Origin: Octopus vulgaris | Taxonomy: Eukaryota | Direction: 5' to 3' | Length of the DNA: 64,000 nt | Assembly: GCA_951406725.2 (NCBI GenBank) | Contig: OX597815.1 | Span: 162,006,001-162,070,000 of the forward strand | Shown: positions 63,446 through 64,000 of the stretch, piece by piece | How the letters are laid out: each line of letters starts with the position of its first letter | Position numbering within the stretch: position 1 is the stretch's first letter | Program-made: the position numbers and the translations under genes | The notes under the pieces: generated by a model | Databases searched by the model: none | Told to the model about the DNA's origin: nothing | Seen by the model: only the letters and a program-made list of their open reading frames with translations

Positions 63446-63457
63446 TTCTATATATAC

Positions 63458-63509
<52 letters not shown>

Positions 63510-63658
63510 GTATGCATGTATACATATATATGTATATGCATGTGTATATAAAAATACATATATATACATTCATACATTCATACATACATACATACATACA
63601 TATATACATGCATACATATTTAAATATGTATGTCATAATTCAGTTTTATTTCAAGATT

Positions 63659-64000
63659 GGTCATGTGGCGAGAATGGATGAAGATAGGTGTGTAAAAAAG
63701 TGCCAATCCCTAGCAGTGGAGGGAACCCGTGGAAGAGGTAGACCCAGGAAAACTTGGGACGAGGTGGTGAAGCACGACCTTCGAACTTTAGGTCGCACTG
63801 AGGAAATGACCAGTGACCGAGACCTTTGGAAATTTGCTGTGCGTGAAAAGACCAGGCAGGACAAGTGAGTCCAGCCCACTTATGCATGCCTTTCCTCCCT
63901 TGGACACACAAAGACCTGTTGAGACAAGCGAAATCAATATCGAACCTCATCCGACGACAGGCATCTATACCAACCCCCCTTTGCTTGTGAAGACCTGTTG
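63659..64000 (+). mobile_element. 5'-truncated RTE-clade LINE, runs off right edge
   Basis: GHVARMDEDRCVKKCQSLAVEGTRGRGRPRKTW...REKTRQDK*, near-identical to 39198-39408. Confidence 0.92.

Noticed and set aside
63200-63868. 222-aa ORF as a gene
   Set aside because: Chance read-through of an antisense SINE, microsatellite and RTE C-terminus.

Overview
AT-rich animal DNA made almost entirely of nested transposon fragments and microsatellites. The tRNA-derived SINE families look like those of Octopus; this is pattern recognition, not a database result. No host protein-coding exon could be supported, so the window is intergenic or inside a large intron. Recognisable parts: the intact C-terminal GIY-YIG endonuclease of a Neptune-type Penelope-like element (PLE) at the left edge; decayed mariner, maT (DD37D), hAT/Buster and Helitron transposases; TTAA (piggyBac-type), mariner and hAT MITEs; CR1/L2, RTE, CRE and R4/NeSL-like LINE fragments; a solo LTR; and dozens of modular SINEs. 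The main signal the ORF track does not show is a set of type-I hammerhead ribozyme (HHR) cores from about six unrelated repeat families. Most have a tiny palindromic stem III (AACGTT, ACATATGT, ACTAGT, ACAGCTGT) and several sit in inverted or foldback insertions. The best candidate for an undescribed system is a tRNA-headed, HHR-carrying short element (44295-44741, second copy 32116-32342). It shows target-site duplications and a PLE-style inverted 3' copy at its 5' end, suggesting a Pol III SINE/retrozyme mobilised by Penelope machinery. An essentially complete GUA-cleaving HHR lies at 47824-47901.
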